From Phaeosaccion multiseriatum (taxonomy: Eukaryota; Protista; Ochrophyta, other classes): a DNA stretch of 64,000 bases. The position numbers and the translations under genes were made by a program. How positions within the stretch are numbered: the stretch's first letter is position 1; each line of letters begins with the position of its first letter. Under the pieces are notes generated by a model that saw only the letters and a list, made by a program, of their open reading frames with translations, was not told the DNA's origin and did not search any database. The stretch covers positions 1,550,001 through 1,614,000 of the forward strand of contig OZ218950.1 of the NCBI GenBank assembly GCA_965112735.1. Direction: 5' to 3'. Below are positions 1 through 12,147 of this stretch, piece by piece.

Positions 1-691
1 GATTGCCATCGCTCGTCTAGTGGAGAGGATTTGGGTTTACATAGGGTTCTTTCCACCCACAGTCGATGACAGTTGCTTTGGTCTATGTCGTGTGGCACAC
101 ACACACAGACACTCACATACACACAGACACTCACATACACACACACACCCACACACACACACGCTGGCCGAGCTCTGGGTTCAATCCTCTCCCTTGGCAG
201 GTGGGTACGCTCACTCTCCCCATCGTTCGGGTGAATGGATGCCTGGACGGATATCCGTTTTGAGGCTTTGGGAAGCAATGTCCGTCCAATTTTTCAACGC
301 ATACATATATATATATATATATAGTACACATATATATATTGATGTACCAAACTATTCACAGCTTGTGTTGTGCCATTAATCGTGCCACTTGCTCTACCCA
401 GCGCGCCTGTTGTGATAAGGATACAACAGCACGCCTCGTATAATAGAAAGACGGGCCAGGTAGTAAGTAGGCCAGCAGCTACGCGAGCAGGGCAATTCGT
501 CTCTTGCGATTGTGATTTTTGACTCTCTTCCTCTCCCTTTCCAGCGCTCATTCCATCCTACGACGGGAGCCCAAGGACGGACCGAACGCTCTCCGACCGC
601 TCGCTGTTCCAATGCAGTGCAACATGCGCGAAGGGGCGTTGTTTTTCTGTAACGGCAACCCGCTTTTGCTCTTATGATCGCCGTCCTATCA

Positions 692-828
692 TCAGCAAAT
701 GGAGCATCTGCCGCCGCAGCCTATTCCGCCGCCGGATAGAATGGACGCAGTCGGCGGTGTAGTGCCCTCTTTTGAGTAGAACAGCTTGGACGAATACACC
801 GTCTGGAGACAGAGACGGGACAGAGGGA

Positions 829-875
<47 letters not shown>

Positions 876-2671
876 CAGGGAGGAGAGTAGAGGAGAGAGT
901 GTCAGGAGGGGTGGACGAAAGAGCACGAGAGAGTGTGATGAGAAAGCACGATGACTGGCCTTTGAGAACAGCAAAACGTTTCTCGCCCACATCCACCCAC
1001 ACACCCACACGCACATACGCACACACCCACACACATCGACACACACGCAATCACACGTGCACACACGCACGCGGACGACGACCGCGATCTTTCTCTCTGT
1101 TCCCCCCCCCCCCCCCACTCTCTCTCTCACCTCGACGAGGTCGTTTCCGTGCTCGTCTGCAAAGGAGACACTCCGCTTGTTCATAAACCTCCTGCGAGCG
1201 AGGGGGAGGGAGAACGGGAACGAACGCACGAATGGGGTGAGGTGAGTTATGTACGGGGCCCAAGACCCTCACAACGTGTGGTGGGAGCGAGGAGAGGATG
1301 GCACGCACATAAGCTGCTGGATAGAACAGTCAGGCGTATGGGCATAGGTCAGGCATATCGGCACACATGCGGGCCAAGACCAGCCAAAGCAGGTTACAAA
1401 CGTAAGAGCGTAGGGGATGTGGGTGCACACTTCGGTTGCAATCACAAGCGGTACCTCACACTACTCTGCTCTTGGTCCACTCCACTCGAGACACAACAAG
1501 ATAGTAGGTGCTCCGTGGTCACGAGGCCACAGAGCAGAACAAGCGACACAAGCAGAAGAATGCGCATCCATACACGCCTCTTCCACTAATGAGCTGGGCT
1601 GTCTACGGCCAGAATGCAGTCTGTCTGTCTGTCTGTCTGTCTGTGTGTCCGTCCACCACCACCACCACCACCACCACCACTCCCCCCTCCACCACCATCG
1701 GTTTGGTACTCTAGGCGCTCGTTTACTTACTGAGAGTTGGAGGAAGAGCCTTCGTCCATAGCCGTTGACGAATATCTGCTCGTCGTGCGCAGCTGAGAGG
1801 GGATCTTGCCGTTGTTTGATATCGCCCGTCTCATGTGCGCAGCTCTCCCTAACCCCCCACCAGGCACTGCGCCGCTGCCCCTGCGACTCGAGGGAAAGCT
1901 CTTTCTCCCTGCTGATCCCTCGGACTCTGCACTACTCGCACTATCCATTTGGTGATCCCTTGTGGTATGAAGTCCCCCTGCCGCTGCCCCTGCCCCTGCC
2001 ATTGGCCCGGTCCGAGGCAAGCCCTTGAAGGTCCCTCGCCGAGGCACTGTCTTTGAGCCTACTTCTACGCCATCAGGATGTCGTGGCGATGTCGATGGTG
2101 CTACTGCTGTTGCTCCTGCTGCTGCTGCTGCTGCTGCTGCTCCTGCTGTATCACCAAGTGCTGTTGATGGTGACAGTGGTTCTGGCGGCGGTGGTGGTGC
2201 TTCTGCTGCTGCTTCTGCCGCTACTACTGCGGCTACTGCTGCGTGCGTTGGTCCTGCTGCTTCTGCAGGACTTGAGGCGACTTCCGGTCCGCCCCGTACT
2301 GCCCTCCCCCCCCCCTCCACTTGTGGCTGCAGTGTCGTGCCTGCCCCTACTGCTGCTCCGTCCACTGCTCCTGCTGCTACTGGAGGTGCAGGTGGATGGT
2401 GGTAGTGACTTGGCGGCCGTTCATTCACCTCTCCACCGTCGCCCTTCTCATCATAATCGTCGTGTGAACCCCTTCGATGGGGCGATATGTTGGGGGTATC
2501 TCCACTATCTCCGAGAGGCTTGCCTGTCGCTACCCCATCGGAGAGCTTTATCGACGGTTCTGAAGGTTCCAGTCGGTGTGGATGACTACTGAAGCTGCTA
2601 AAACTGTGCTCACTGGCGATGGACCCGGGGTAGCCATTCGCAGAAGAGCTTCCTGTTGGAGAAGACCCCAT
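692..2671 (-). CDS. Low-complexity protein with PP1-docking RVxF-type motif and C-terminal CaaX box (3 exons)
   Basis: Exons 2671-1731, 1191-1131 and 802-692 join in frame through GT-AG introns: ...SSSNSQ|RFMNKRSVSFADEHGNDLVE|TVYSSKLFYSKEGTTPPTASILSGGGIGCGGRCSIC*. The start is uncertain: first in-frame ATG is 2671, with an in-frame TAG just upstream. Confidence 0.7.
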
Positions 2672-3307
2672 GCCTTCCAACTGTGGCTCCTCCTGCTCCT
2701 GCGTCTACCGCTGCCGCTGACGAAGACAGCGCTCTCGGAGCCGCGTCTCCGGAGCGCTCTGGACTCTGAATCTGACTCTGATTTTAACTCACCACTCGCT
2801 TTTGCTACCACCAACCTCTCGTCCCCTAATGCCAGACTGAGGGCCATTGCATTGAGCTGTAGATCGGTTCACCTCCTCTGCTCCCTTAGAAGGGCTTCTT
2901 AGAAGGGGAGGCGTCCCTCCCGCCCTCCTACTCTCCTAACGATCTTACTACCGGAGGTTGGGCATGGTCGCCCTCTCCCCCCCTCTCTCTCTCCCCCTCC
3001 TCCTGTTCGTTTGTTTCCGGAAATCTTATCCTGTGGGTGGAGAAAGCTTGTAAAACCGGGCCCTCTACAGCCCCTGAGGCATTCCACAAATGATCTACAG
3101 ATACGTGTCTCGTTGCTGTGGACACTGGCCGCGTGTTGCCATTCGAAAGAGATTGGATTTCAGGGTATTTGGAGGAGGAAGGAGGGAAAAAAATGCTTGG
3201 GCTTGGGCTTGGGCTCGGCATGTTACGTACGGGTAGGTAAGTTCCTCTGGAGCCCTTTTCAAAGAGCAAACGGCAGAAGAGAAATTAGGTTTTATGTTGT
3301 GAAAAGG

Positions 3308-6300
3308 ATGGTAGTGGTTGTGTTTGACAGCCGATGCCCCCAGGACCTAACTCTGGAGGAGAGGGACAGATTCGACGCGTTCTTTTGTAAGTGGAGACAA
3401 GAGGCGAGAGGCAAAGGACCATCTACTAGCTCGAAAGCTGCGCTCTACCTCCCTCTCCCTGACTCTGATTCCCTTCTTCCCTCCCTCCTCTCTCATCCTC
3501 AAACCCGAGCCAGTCCAGGCGAAGTTTTTCCTTCGACGCTATGCTCAATTGGCCTGTGCTGGAGCACTGGAGCCGATCGGGGAACTTATCACGCCTGCAA
3601 CGGCAGCAGCAGCCGCAACCGAAGGAGAACTACTTCACGTCTTGTCTCCCAAGAAGAGAAACATTGAGCCCGCAGACGTCGACGTGGTGGAGGCGGTTGT
3701 GTCGAGCAGCAATAGCAGGAGTGGCAACAGGTGTGGCAGTGATACTGGGAAGCTTGGTTGGAGCTTCGTGGCGGAGGGTATCCGCGCCGCCCTGCGACTT
3801 TCCAGCGCGAAGAGGCATATCGGAGGAGGAGGAGGAGGAGGAGGAGGGGCTCCCCCTACTACGAGTAAGAAGGTAACGGAAAGGGAAGCGTGTCGAGAAG
3901 CGGGGATCGTCCTTCTCGGCACTGCCCTCCATTTAGGTATATGAGCCAATCTCCCCCTAGTTCACCGTCTGTATTGTAGTCCAAGCAAGCGCAAAAGGGC
4001 AAACCTATGAATTCACTGAGATGATGCCCCCCACACGAATCAATGACTTGACGCATAGCTCGGACTTGTCGACTAACTTGTCAGTCTAGCAAACGTACGA
4101 CTCTTACACCAGACCTCTTGCTTCCCACCCAATATGACCCCCGGCTCAGGTAGGGCAGACAGTCATCGTGGTGCTGGCCTCGGACTTGCTCTTCTCAGCC
4201 ATGCCCACCCCGTTGCTGCCCGCCGTCGGACACGAGGGGGCCCCAGGGGGGCATTCCCCCTTCGACTCGTTCATCTCCGCCTGCCAAGCCGTGGCGAACC
4301 ACGGGTGTAGTGCACAAGGAGCAGTTGGTGATACAGGCGGAGCAGTTGGCGTTACGCCTTCCACTCTTCTCCACATCGCCTTTGCCTCGCCCATCTCGTG
4401 GTCGCACACAGCAGGAGAGGAGAACAACCGTCTCCCGCTCCAGCGCTTCGAATCCGCCCTCCACGACACTTGTGCTGCAGGCACGAGGAGCCACCATGAC
4501 GAAGCAGCAGCAGAAGCGCGCATGCAACGAGACGACGCCGGAGGGGGAGGGGGGGGGGGAGGGGAAGGGGAAGGAGGCTTGTGCCTGCTGCAGTGGACGG
4601 CCTTGCAAGACATCTGGGCCAGACTGGTGAGTGGGTGTGTGGTCGCGTGGGTGCGTGTGTGCGTGGGTGCGTGGGCGCGTGGGTGTGTGGGCGCGTGGGT
4701 GCGTGGTTGCGTGGGTGCGTGGGTGCACGTGTGCGTGGGCGAGGCTGGTGCGTGCATGTGTGCGTGTGCCCGCGCGACTCACTTATTCTGTGTGCCGTTC
4801 AATCAAGTGAGTGTTAGAGGAATGAATGACGTAGTCCCCTCCGCTGCACACCCTCTGCTGCTCTGCTCTGCTCTGCTCTGCTCCGTTCTGCGTTCTGCTC
4901 CTTGCTCTTTTTGTTTCTATTACGTTCAGGAGGAGGCCGGCGTCGTCGATGACGTCTTTCTGGAGGTGAGTGCAAACAGGATTCCAATGCGTCAAGCGCA
5001 CTTTCCCCCTCAGGGCGCATTGCTCTTGCTCCTCTCCCTGTATCTTTCTCCCTTCCTTTGGGGCGGTGTGGTGTCCATCTTCCCATCACTCTTCCCGTCA
5101 CTCTTCCCGTCTTCCCCCCCCCCCCCCCCTCTCTCTCTCCGCCACCACAGATCATTGACAACACTCCGAAAGCGTTCGACACGATGCTGCAGGAGCGCCT
5201 CCGCTCACACATAAACACACACTGCCTCGATCTACACCTCCCCTCACCCCCCGGTCCATCCACTGCCATCCCCCTCTCCATCCGCATCAAGCTCCAACCC
5301 ACTGCTCTGCGAAGCGATGGTCGCTCGAACCAGATAGGGCCGGGCCTCGCAGCTGCGACCTCTTTGGAGGTTAGTGAGGTAAGAGCATTTTATCGTATCG
5401 TATAGTCATAGTCGAAGAGAAAAGCAAGTGAAAGGTTTTGCATACTCATTAGTATTTGTTTGTGTAGTATCTAATATTGTTGTGCTCGGCCGTGAATGCC
5501 CCATACACTTCGCCAAGGCGCTTCTTCCCCCCCCCCCCCCGGCCCCTTCTCTGACCTCTCTGCTTTGCTCTACTTTGTTCTACTCCCCCTGTACTCCGCG
5601 GCTCTGCCCTGCTCTGCTGTGCTCCGCCTATATGCCTCTACTCTGCCCTTCCCTCCCCTCCCCTCCCCTCCTCTCCCCCAAGGTGGTGGAGCTCTCCTCT
5701 GTGCCCCAGGCGTTTTGCCACGGCTCGGCACTCCTCTGCACCCCCGCCACAGAAACCTCAAACATGCTCTTCACCTCCACGTGTCAGTACCTCGTAGAGT
5801 GGGGGCTCGCGCTGGTGATGAAGGTTGACAATCCCACCTCCCTCCTCATGGAGCACTGGCTCTTCATGCCAGAGGAGGAGGGAGAGCGAGAGAGGGAGGG
5901 GGGGGGGGACCGGTCTGAGGAAGGTGATGCATCTCCGTCTTCGTGCCCGACCACCCCATTTTCCTCCTCGCCCTCGGCACGTGGGAAGAAGAAGCAAACG
6001 CCGCGGCGCAAACGACGCACTTCGGCTCTGCTTGTACAGGTAGGTGTAGGTGTACGTGGTGGGTCTTACTGGCGCGTTGGTGCTCCGCCTCACAGATACA
6101 TTCGTCGTTGGACTCAGAGGATAGACAAGGGCTGGGCAGGAAGACGGTACACAAGAGGTGCTGTCTCCTTTCCTTCCCTTCCTTTCCCTCCTCTTCCCTC
6201 TTGTCACTCGACCACTCAATCAACCCTCTTCTCCCCACCCATTTTGAACCCTTTTTGAACCCGTTTCGCAGCTCGTGCCCACAGAGTCACTCCTGTGCCT

Positions 6301-7066
6301 GCCCATCGCCAATGACGACTCATCAGACGACGACGACGACGAAGACGACGATGCATTTGGCCAGCAAGAAGACAGGCTGGAACTGCCGGCAGGGGGGGGA
6401 CAAGTGCGCGGAGTCGGGGGCGGGGAAAGCCATCGCCGTGGACGAAGAGGAGGAGGAGGAGGCCTTGGCGAGCAGGAGGAGAGAGCTGCCGTTACAGCAA
6501 GTCTCGCTGCAATGCCGGCATGCAGCTTCAATCCTCTCTCGCACCCCTCGGGTCTGTTCACCGCGCCCACTCCTCCTGCAAGATGTGCCCCTTCCTTCCC
6601 CGCCCCTGCTCCTCGGCCCCCTCCTGTGCCCGGGCGAAAAGGCGGTAAGCCTGATGAAACCGCCTCCTCTTCTGGCGGCCGTGGTAGAATGGTCGGCGAT
6701 CAGAGCAACAATGGCAGCAGCAGCGACAGAAGAGGCGAGCCCCTGACGCCGATTGACCGTAGAGCGGGCCCGTTCTTGGCAGGAGACGCGGTGGAGCCGC
6801 CCCAAATGAAGCAAAAGCATCAGGACGAGAGGAAGAAAAAGAAGAAGAGACCGCAGGCCGCGGTACCGAAGCAGCAGCATGGCCAGCAGCATGGCCATCA
6901 CCATGGTCAGCACCATGGCCAGGAGCCCGTTGCGGGGAGTGGTAAGCAACAGTTGAAGCTGCTCGTGCAGTCGCAATCCGCGCCCAGAAAGAAGAAGACG
7001 AAGAAAGGGGGCAGCAGTAGCAGTAGCAGCAGCAGCGGTGCAGGCACCAGCAGATTCAGCCTCTGA
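3308..7066 (+). CDS. M1AP: Meiosis 1 arrest protein (M1AP)-like protein (7 exons)
   Basis: Phase-consistent exons at about 3308-3386, 3514-3872, 4150-4627, 4930-4965, 5151-5369, 5683-6039, 6272-7066. Blocks DVFLEIIDNTPKAFDTML, VVELSSVPQAFCHGSALLCTP, LFTSTCQYLVEWGLALVMK, ALLVQLVPTESLL and VTASLAAMPACSFNPL follow the motif order I recall for M1AP. Not search-verified. Confidence 0.55.
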
Positions 7067-7406
7067 GAAGTGCACTCGCCGTGACCAAGAGCCCCCCCCC
7101 CCCCGCATATAGTACTTTTGCCGCAAAGCAAGGCATGATCGTAGTGCTGCTGCTATGCATCGCCATCTTTTTTCTTTCCGCAGAGAAGAAGAGGACCCCC
7201 TCTGACTCATGAGCCAAATTGGGCAACAGGAGAAGCCGTAGATAAGACAGAGCTTTCCAATCCATCAGTCAAACATTGCACCAGGAATCACCAGCATCCC
7301 CCCCCCCACCACTTTCGCTCTCTCGAGCTTCGCTCAAACACTGATCGGCAGAAGTTCCTCCTCCGTCAGAGGGCGGGCTCCCCTCTCCCCTCCTCCTTCA
7401 GCGAAA

Positions 7407-8470
7407 CTACTTCGATGCTGCAACGGCTGCGTCTGCGTCTGCTGCTGCTGCTGCTGCTGCTGCTGGTGTGCTGCTATCGACGGACTCTACACGACGTCTT
7501 TTGGCGGACGGCTCCCCAGCCTCCTTCGCCTCCTCCTCCTCCTGCTGCTGCGGCAATGACACGCCGGGGGCTGCCGCGGCACCAGCCTCCCTCCCCCCCG
7601 CCATGCTGCTATTGCTGCTGCCGCTGCAAAAGCTGTTGTCGCCGCCGATTACGTAACCGTCGTCAAAGTGGCGCGAAGCCTGTGGAGGCTTGGTGAATTC
7701 TGCCATACGCTGCTCCACGGAACAAGACGAAGAAGCAGAAGCAGAAGAAGCACCACCATTCGGAGGGGATGATGGAGAAGAGGAGGAGAGACCAGACTTG
7801 ACTGCGCTCCCCTCACTGGGCCCTTCACTTGCCGCGGGGGGTTTTGTCATTGTCACTGTCATTGTCTTTTTCTCCTCCTCCATCTGCAGCATGACTTTCG
7901 CCTTCCATTTCCGCTCAATCTCGTCGTGCTCTTGTTCGAGCCCCCAAAGGCAGCAAAGCTCTCTCAAGTTCTTGATACGTACCACCTAAACGCGTGCACC
8001 CAGCACAGAGAGAGAGAGAGCGAGCGAGGGAGAGAGAGGGGGAGGAGGGGAGGGTGTGTGAGAAAGAGGGAGAGAGAGATCGGGAGAGAGGGAGGGAGGG
8101 AGGGAGGGAGAGATGGAGAAAGAAACAGAGGGAGAGAGGGGGGGGGGGGAGGAGGGAATCGACAAAAGAAATGGTCAAAGAGGGCCCTTCACCAACTCAA
8201 TGCCCTCCAATCCATCTGTGTGCCCTCTCCGTGCGGCATCTCATCAACAGTTTCTTCACCCTCCTGCTGCTCCTGCTGCCGCTGTGCCATTGCTCTTTCT
8301 CCTTCGAGCCTTCTCCTCCCCTCCCCCCCCCCATCCACTGCCATCTCCAGTCTGTACCTGGTCCAAGGTGGGGCAGTCCGTGAGGTCCAGCCTCAAGTCT
8401 TTCTGTAATTGCGCGGCGCCGTCAGACATAGGAGCAAAGCAAAGCAAAGAACAAGAAAATCACGGCAGGA

Positions 8471-8501
<31 letters not shown>

Positions 8502-10297
8502 GAGGAGGAGCAGGAGCAGGAGGAAGAGAAGGGAGGAAGGGGAGGAGGAGGAGGAGGAGGAGGAGGAGGAGGAGGAGGGGAGGGGGAGGAGGAGGAGCAG
8601 GAGGAGGAGCAGGGGGAGGAGGAGGAGGAGCAGGAGGAGGAGGGAGGAGCAGGAGGAGCAGGACGAGGAGCAGGAGGAGGAGCAGGAGGAGGTGGTGAGA
8701 AAGGGGGCTTGATGGTACCGTACAGAGAGGCGCCACACCAGGCGTGAGTGCGGCGGAGCTCTCTCTGTCTCTCGCCCTCGACCAGAGCTTTCTGTCTCCT
8801 TCTTTCTCGTTCTCTCGCTCTCCATCCCATTCTCACCGTTCGATGTGCTGGAGACCTCCCCTTGCTCATCATCTCTCTCACAACGTACTTGGCGCCTTGG
8901 CAATTTAAGTTCACTTTCATGCACTCCAGGAGATATGTTCGCGCAATCTGACGTATGAAAAAGCGAATGCGACAAATATGATAAACATGACATTCAATTG
9001 AGCAAGGCTGCTGCTACACAGAGATGTCATCCAATCATAATCGATCGCAAGAGGAGCAAGAGAGGCGTCAAGCTTCTCTGGGAGTGATCTAGAAGCTCAA
9101 CTCTTGCGGGCATGCTGAGGACATCACAAAGGCAGGGGGTAGCAACACTTTCACTAAGACACTGGCTCGCAACTCATTAGCTATACACTATACTGGCTCA
9201 ACCTTTTCTTCTCTCCTGTCTCTGTCTCTCTCTCTCTCACACACACCTACACACACACCCACCCATCCACCCACCTACACGCACCTGCCTTGTGGCCAAA
9301 AGTGGCCCATTCGGACGGAAGACTGAGCAGTTGAGAAGCGCGGGCCTTGCCAGCATTACTGAGCTGCAGCCACTCAGCTAGGCAATGGACAGGGGGCCGC
9401 GAGCGCGGCAAACGAGAGGAGAGGAGAGGATAGGATAGGTAGGGGAGGAGAGGAGAGGCAAAGGTATATATGTGGGTCATTAGAGGAGCGCAAACAAAGG
9501 AAGGCAGGGGAGGTCGAAGGAACCGCAGCAACAGCGGCAGATACAGATTGATTGCGGTCACTCACTCACTCACCTGCTTGATGCTCGTAATGTCCTCTCT
9601 CGTATATATGTCTCCATTAGCGACCACGGGGATGCTCACGGCCTGAGATGGCACCCCACGCCCCGTGTATACCCAGGTATATGGGGCAGAAAGAAGGGCG
9701 TATCGGCACACGGCGGCAGAAGGAAAGGCATACGGGGGCAGAAGGGCGGGCGAAGGAACAAAGGAGGAAACAAGAAAGGAAGGAAGGAAGGCAGGAAGGA
9801 AGGAAGGAAGGAAGGAAGGAAGGAAGGAAGGAAGGAACGAGCGACAAGATGGGCAAGCAGCAAAGCAACACCACAAGGGGTTGGGTGGGTTGGGGGGGAG
9901 AGTGGGGGCAGTGGTCGGTGCGTGCGGGGAGGAGCCATAGAAGGAGAGCTCAAGCATTACAGGCCAGTTCAGAGCGAGACGGACAAAGGGTGGGAGGGAA
10001 GGAAAGGAGGGGGAGGGGGGCGCCCCTGCCCACACGCGTATCACCACACGTCCTACGAAAGCCGTGGAGCCAAACCCGCACGCAGGAACCCACACACCGA
10101 CTCACGCACGCACGCACGCACGCACGTACATCGACAACGATCTTGAGCCTGTCCCAAAGCGCCTTGTCCTTCGGACGCATCGCTACTGTCCGCATGTGGA
10201 CACTGAGGGCGTTGGCTCCCGCTGCTTCCATACGCCGAGCAAAGTCAACAGTTTCCGCGTCGGTGTCCAGCAGGCGGATCTGATGAGTGGGGGCAGC

Positions 10298-10330
<33 letters not shown>

Positions 10331-10661
10331 CGAAGGAAGAGAAGGGAGACAGACACAGGAGGAGGAGGGCACAGTCAATAAGACAATTCTTCGCTCTCTA
10401 CTCTTGTCCTGCATACCCTTCTTTTCTCTTGTCCTGTCAGTCGTTCTCTCCCTTGTCAGGCTCTCTCTCTCTCTCCACGCACTCACCTTGACAGAGACCG
10501 GCACGTCGAGGTTTTTGCGGAGTGTCTTGACAATCTCCTCCGACCGCTCGGGCTGCTTCAGGAGGGCAGATCCCATGCCTCCCTACCAGGCCGAGGAGTA
10601 GGATGGCAGCAAATGGCGGGGGAGTATAGTATAGTTGGTGTTGCGTTAGCGGGGGAGGCAC

Positions 10662-10702
<41 letters not shown>

Positions 10703-10784
10703 CGCTCGCTCGCTTGCGATCGGAGAGCCCTGCTAGCCCCATCGGGGCTGGACCAGTCGCGGTCCATCCTTCTCCGCGACCCAG

Positions 10785-10818
<34 letters not shown>

Positions 10819-11480
10819 GAATTCAAGCAATCGCTCCTGAGTGCATTGCACGCCCCTATGCACGAATGAACGAAGGCCTCACCTGCAGCGAAAAGGCCTT
10901 GGGGCAGCCCATGTTGATGTCGATGGCCGCCACGTCCCTCTGTACGTGGAGCGCGGCCTTGAGCGCCAGCTGAGGGTCGGAGGTGCCGAGTTGGTAGACG
11001 ACTCGTCCGCGCTCTCGAGGACTGGTGGAGAAAATAACCTTCGGCCCTTCTCCCAGGCTCGGCCCGCTCTCATTCGCAGTAGTCCCCCCACCTCCTCCTC
11101 CCCCTCCTCCGCATCCGTTGTTGTTGTTATTACTTCTGTTCTTCTTCTTCTTCTTCTTGCCGCGGTCCCAGCCGGGAGCAATGTACTCTACCGTGTCGAG
11201 GATGGGGTTTTCTCTTGAGAGGGAAGGAGAGGGAGACGGGAAAGAAAGACGAGAAAAGAGTGAAGAGTAAAAAAAACACGCCAATATGAGGAAGACTTTG
11301 ACAGCAAGTATGAGCTCCCCAACCAACCCCATGAGTCATCACCTCCCTCACCTTCGGAAGGTGGCCAGGATGGATCTGTCCACAAGCTCCTCTCCCCACA
11401 CGGCATCCGCGCCGTAGTCCAGGGCAAGAAGCCGAAGCGGGAGACAGCCCTGCCAACGTGTGGATACATGCAAGCCTATG

Positions 11481-11512
<32 letters not shown>

Positions 11513-11662
11513 GAGCGCGGAGGGCGGTAGGCAAACAAAGAGGGCGCGGGGCTCACTCACCGCCCGGACCATCGGCGCCAGGCAAACCGTGTTTGTGTAC
11601 AGCCGCTGGACCGTCTTCTCCAAATCATCATCCTTCTCCGTCCTCGAGGCTTGGTTGTCCAT
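7407..11662 (-). CDS. DUS2: tRNA-dihydrouridine synthase 2-like (10 exons)
   Basis: Exons 11662-11561, 11449-11352, 11213-10883, 10582-10487, 10279-10130, 9642-9574, 9377-9285, 8947-8837, 8402-8358, 7985-7407. Motifs LAPMVR, LRLLALDYGAD, QLGTSDP, IDINMGCPK..S..GGMGSALL, VSVKIRLL, VHMRT, IPVVANGDI, SSVMLARPA. Confidence 0.93.
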
Positions 11663-12147
11663 CGCGAGCTGAACTTAAGCCTTGTAAAGCCTTAAAAGCG
11701 TATATATTACCTATTACACCACCCTCCGGGCCTTGCTTCGCTACGTGGTCCTCCACGCCAGCTGTGAAAGTGAAAAAAGGCATACGGGCCTGTGTCGTTG
11801 CGTGCACTCTTCTCTCCCTCTCTTTGTCCGTAGACAAGCTCAGGCAGGGCCACACGTATAGTCCATTAAAAGGAAGCGAAAACGGGGGCGGGGGGAAGGA
11901 GACACATTTGGAGGCGTGGGTTGGGAGTCCCCGGAAAGAGGGGGTGTTCTAGAACAGAGAGAAGAAGGGGAAAGTGGGGCGAAAAAAAAAAAGAGAAGGG
12001 GCTGTGTCGCCATGGTGTCATTGTGATGGACGGTGATTCCACGAGCAACAGTACACCAGGTGGGGTAGGGGGAGGGGGGGCTCGGAGCGGCAAGGAGGAC
12101 AACATACTTCCCTCCTTGCTGCGGCTGCTGCTGCTGCGGCTGCTTCA

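Noticed and set aside
2681-2902. Upstream ORF MALSLALGDER.. as the N-terminus of the first gene
   Set aside because: Different frame from the main exon, and I could not find a convincing intron or homopolymer to join them.
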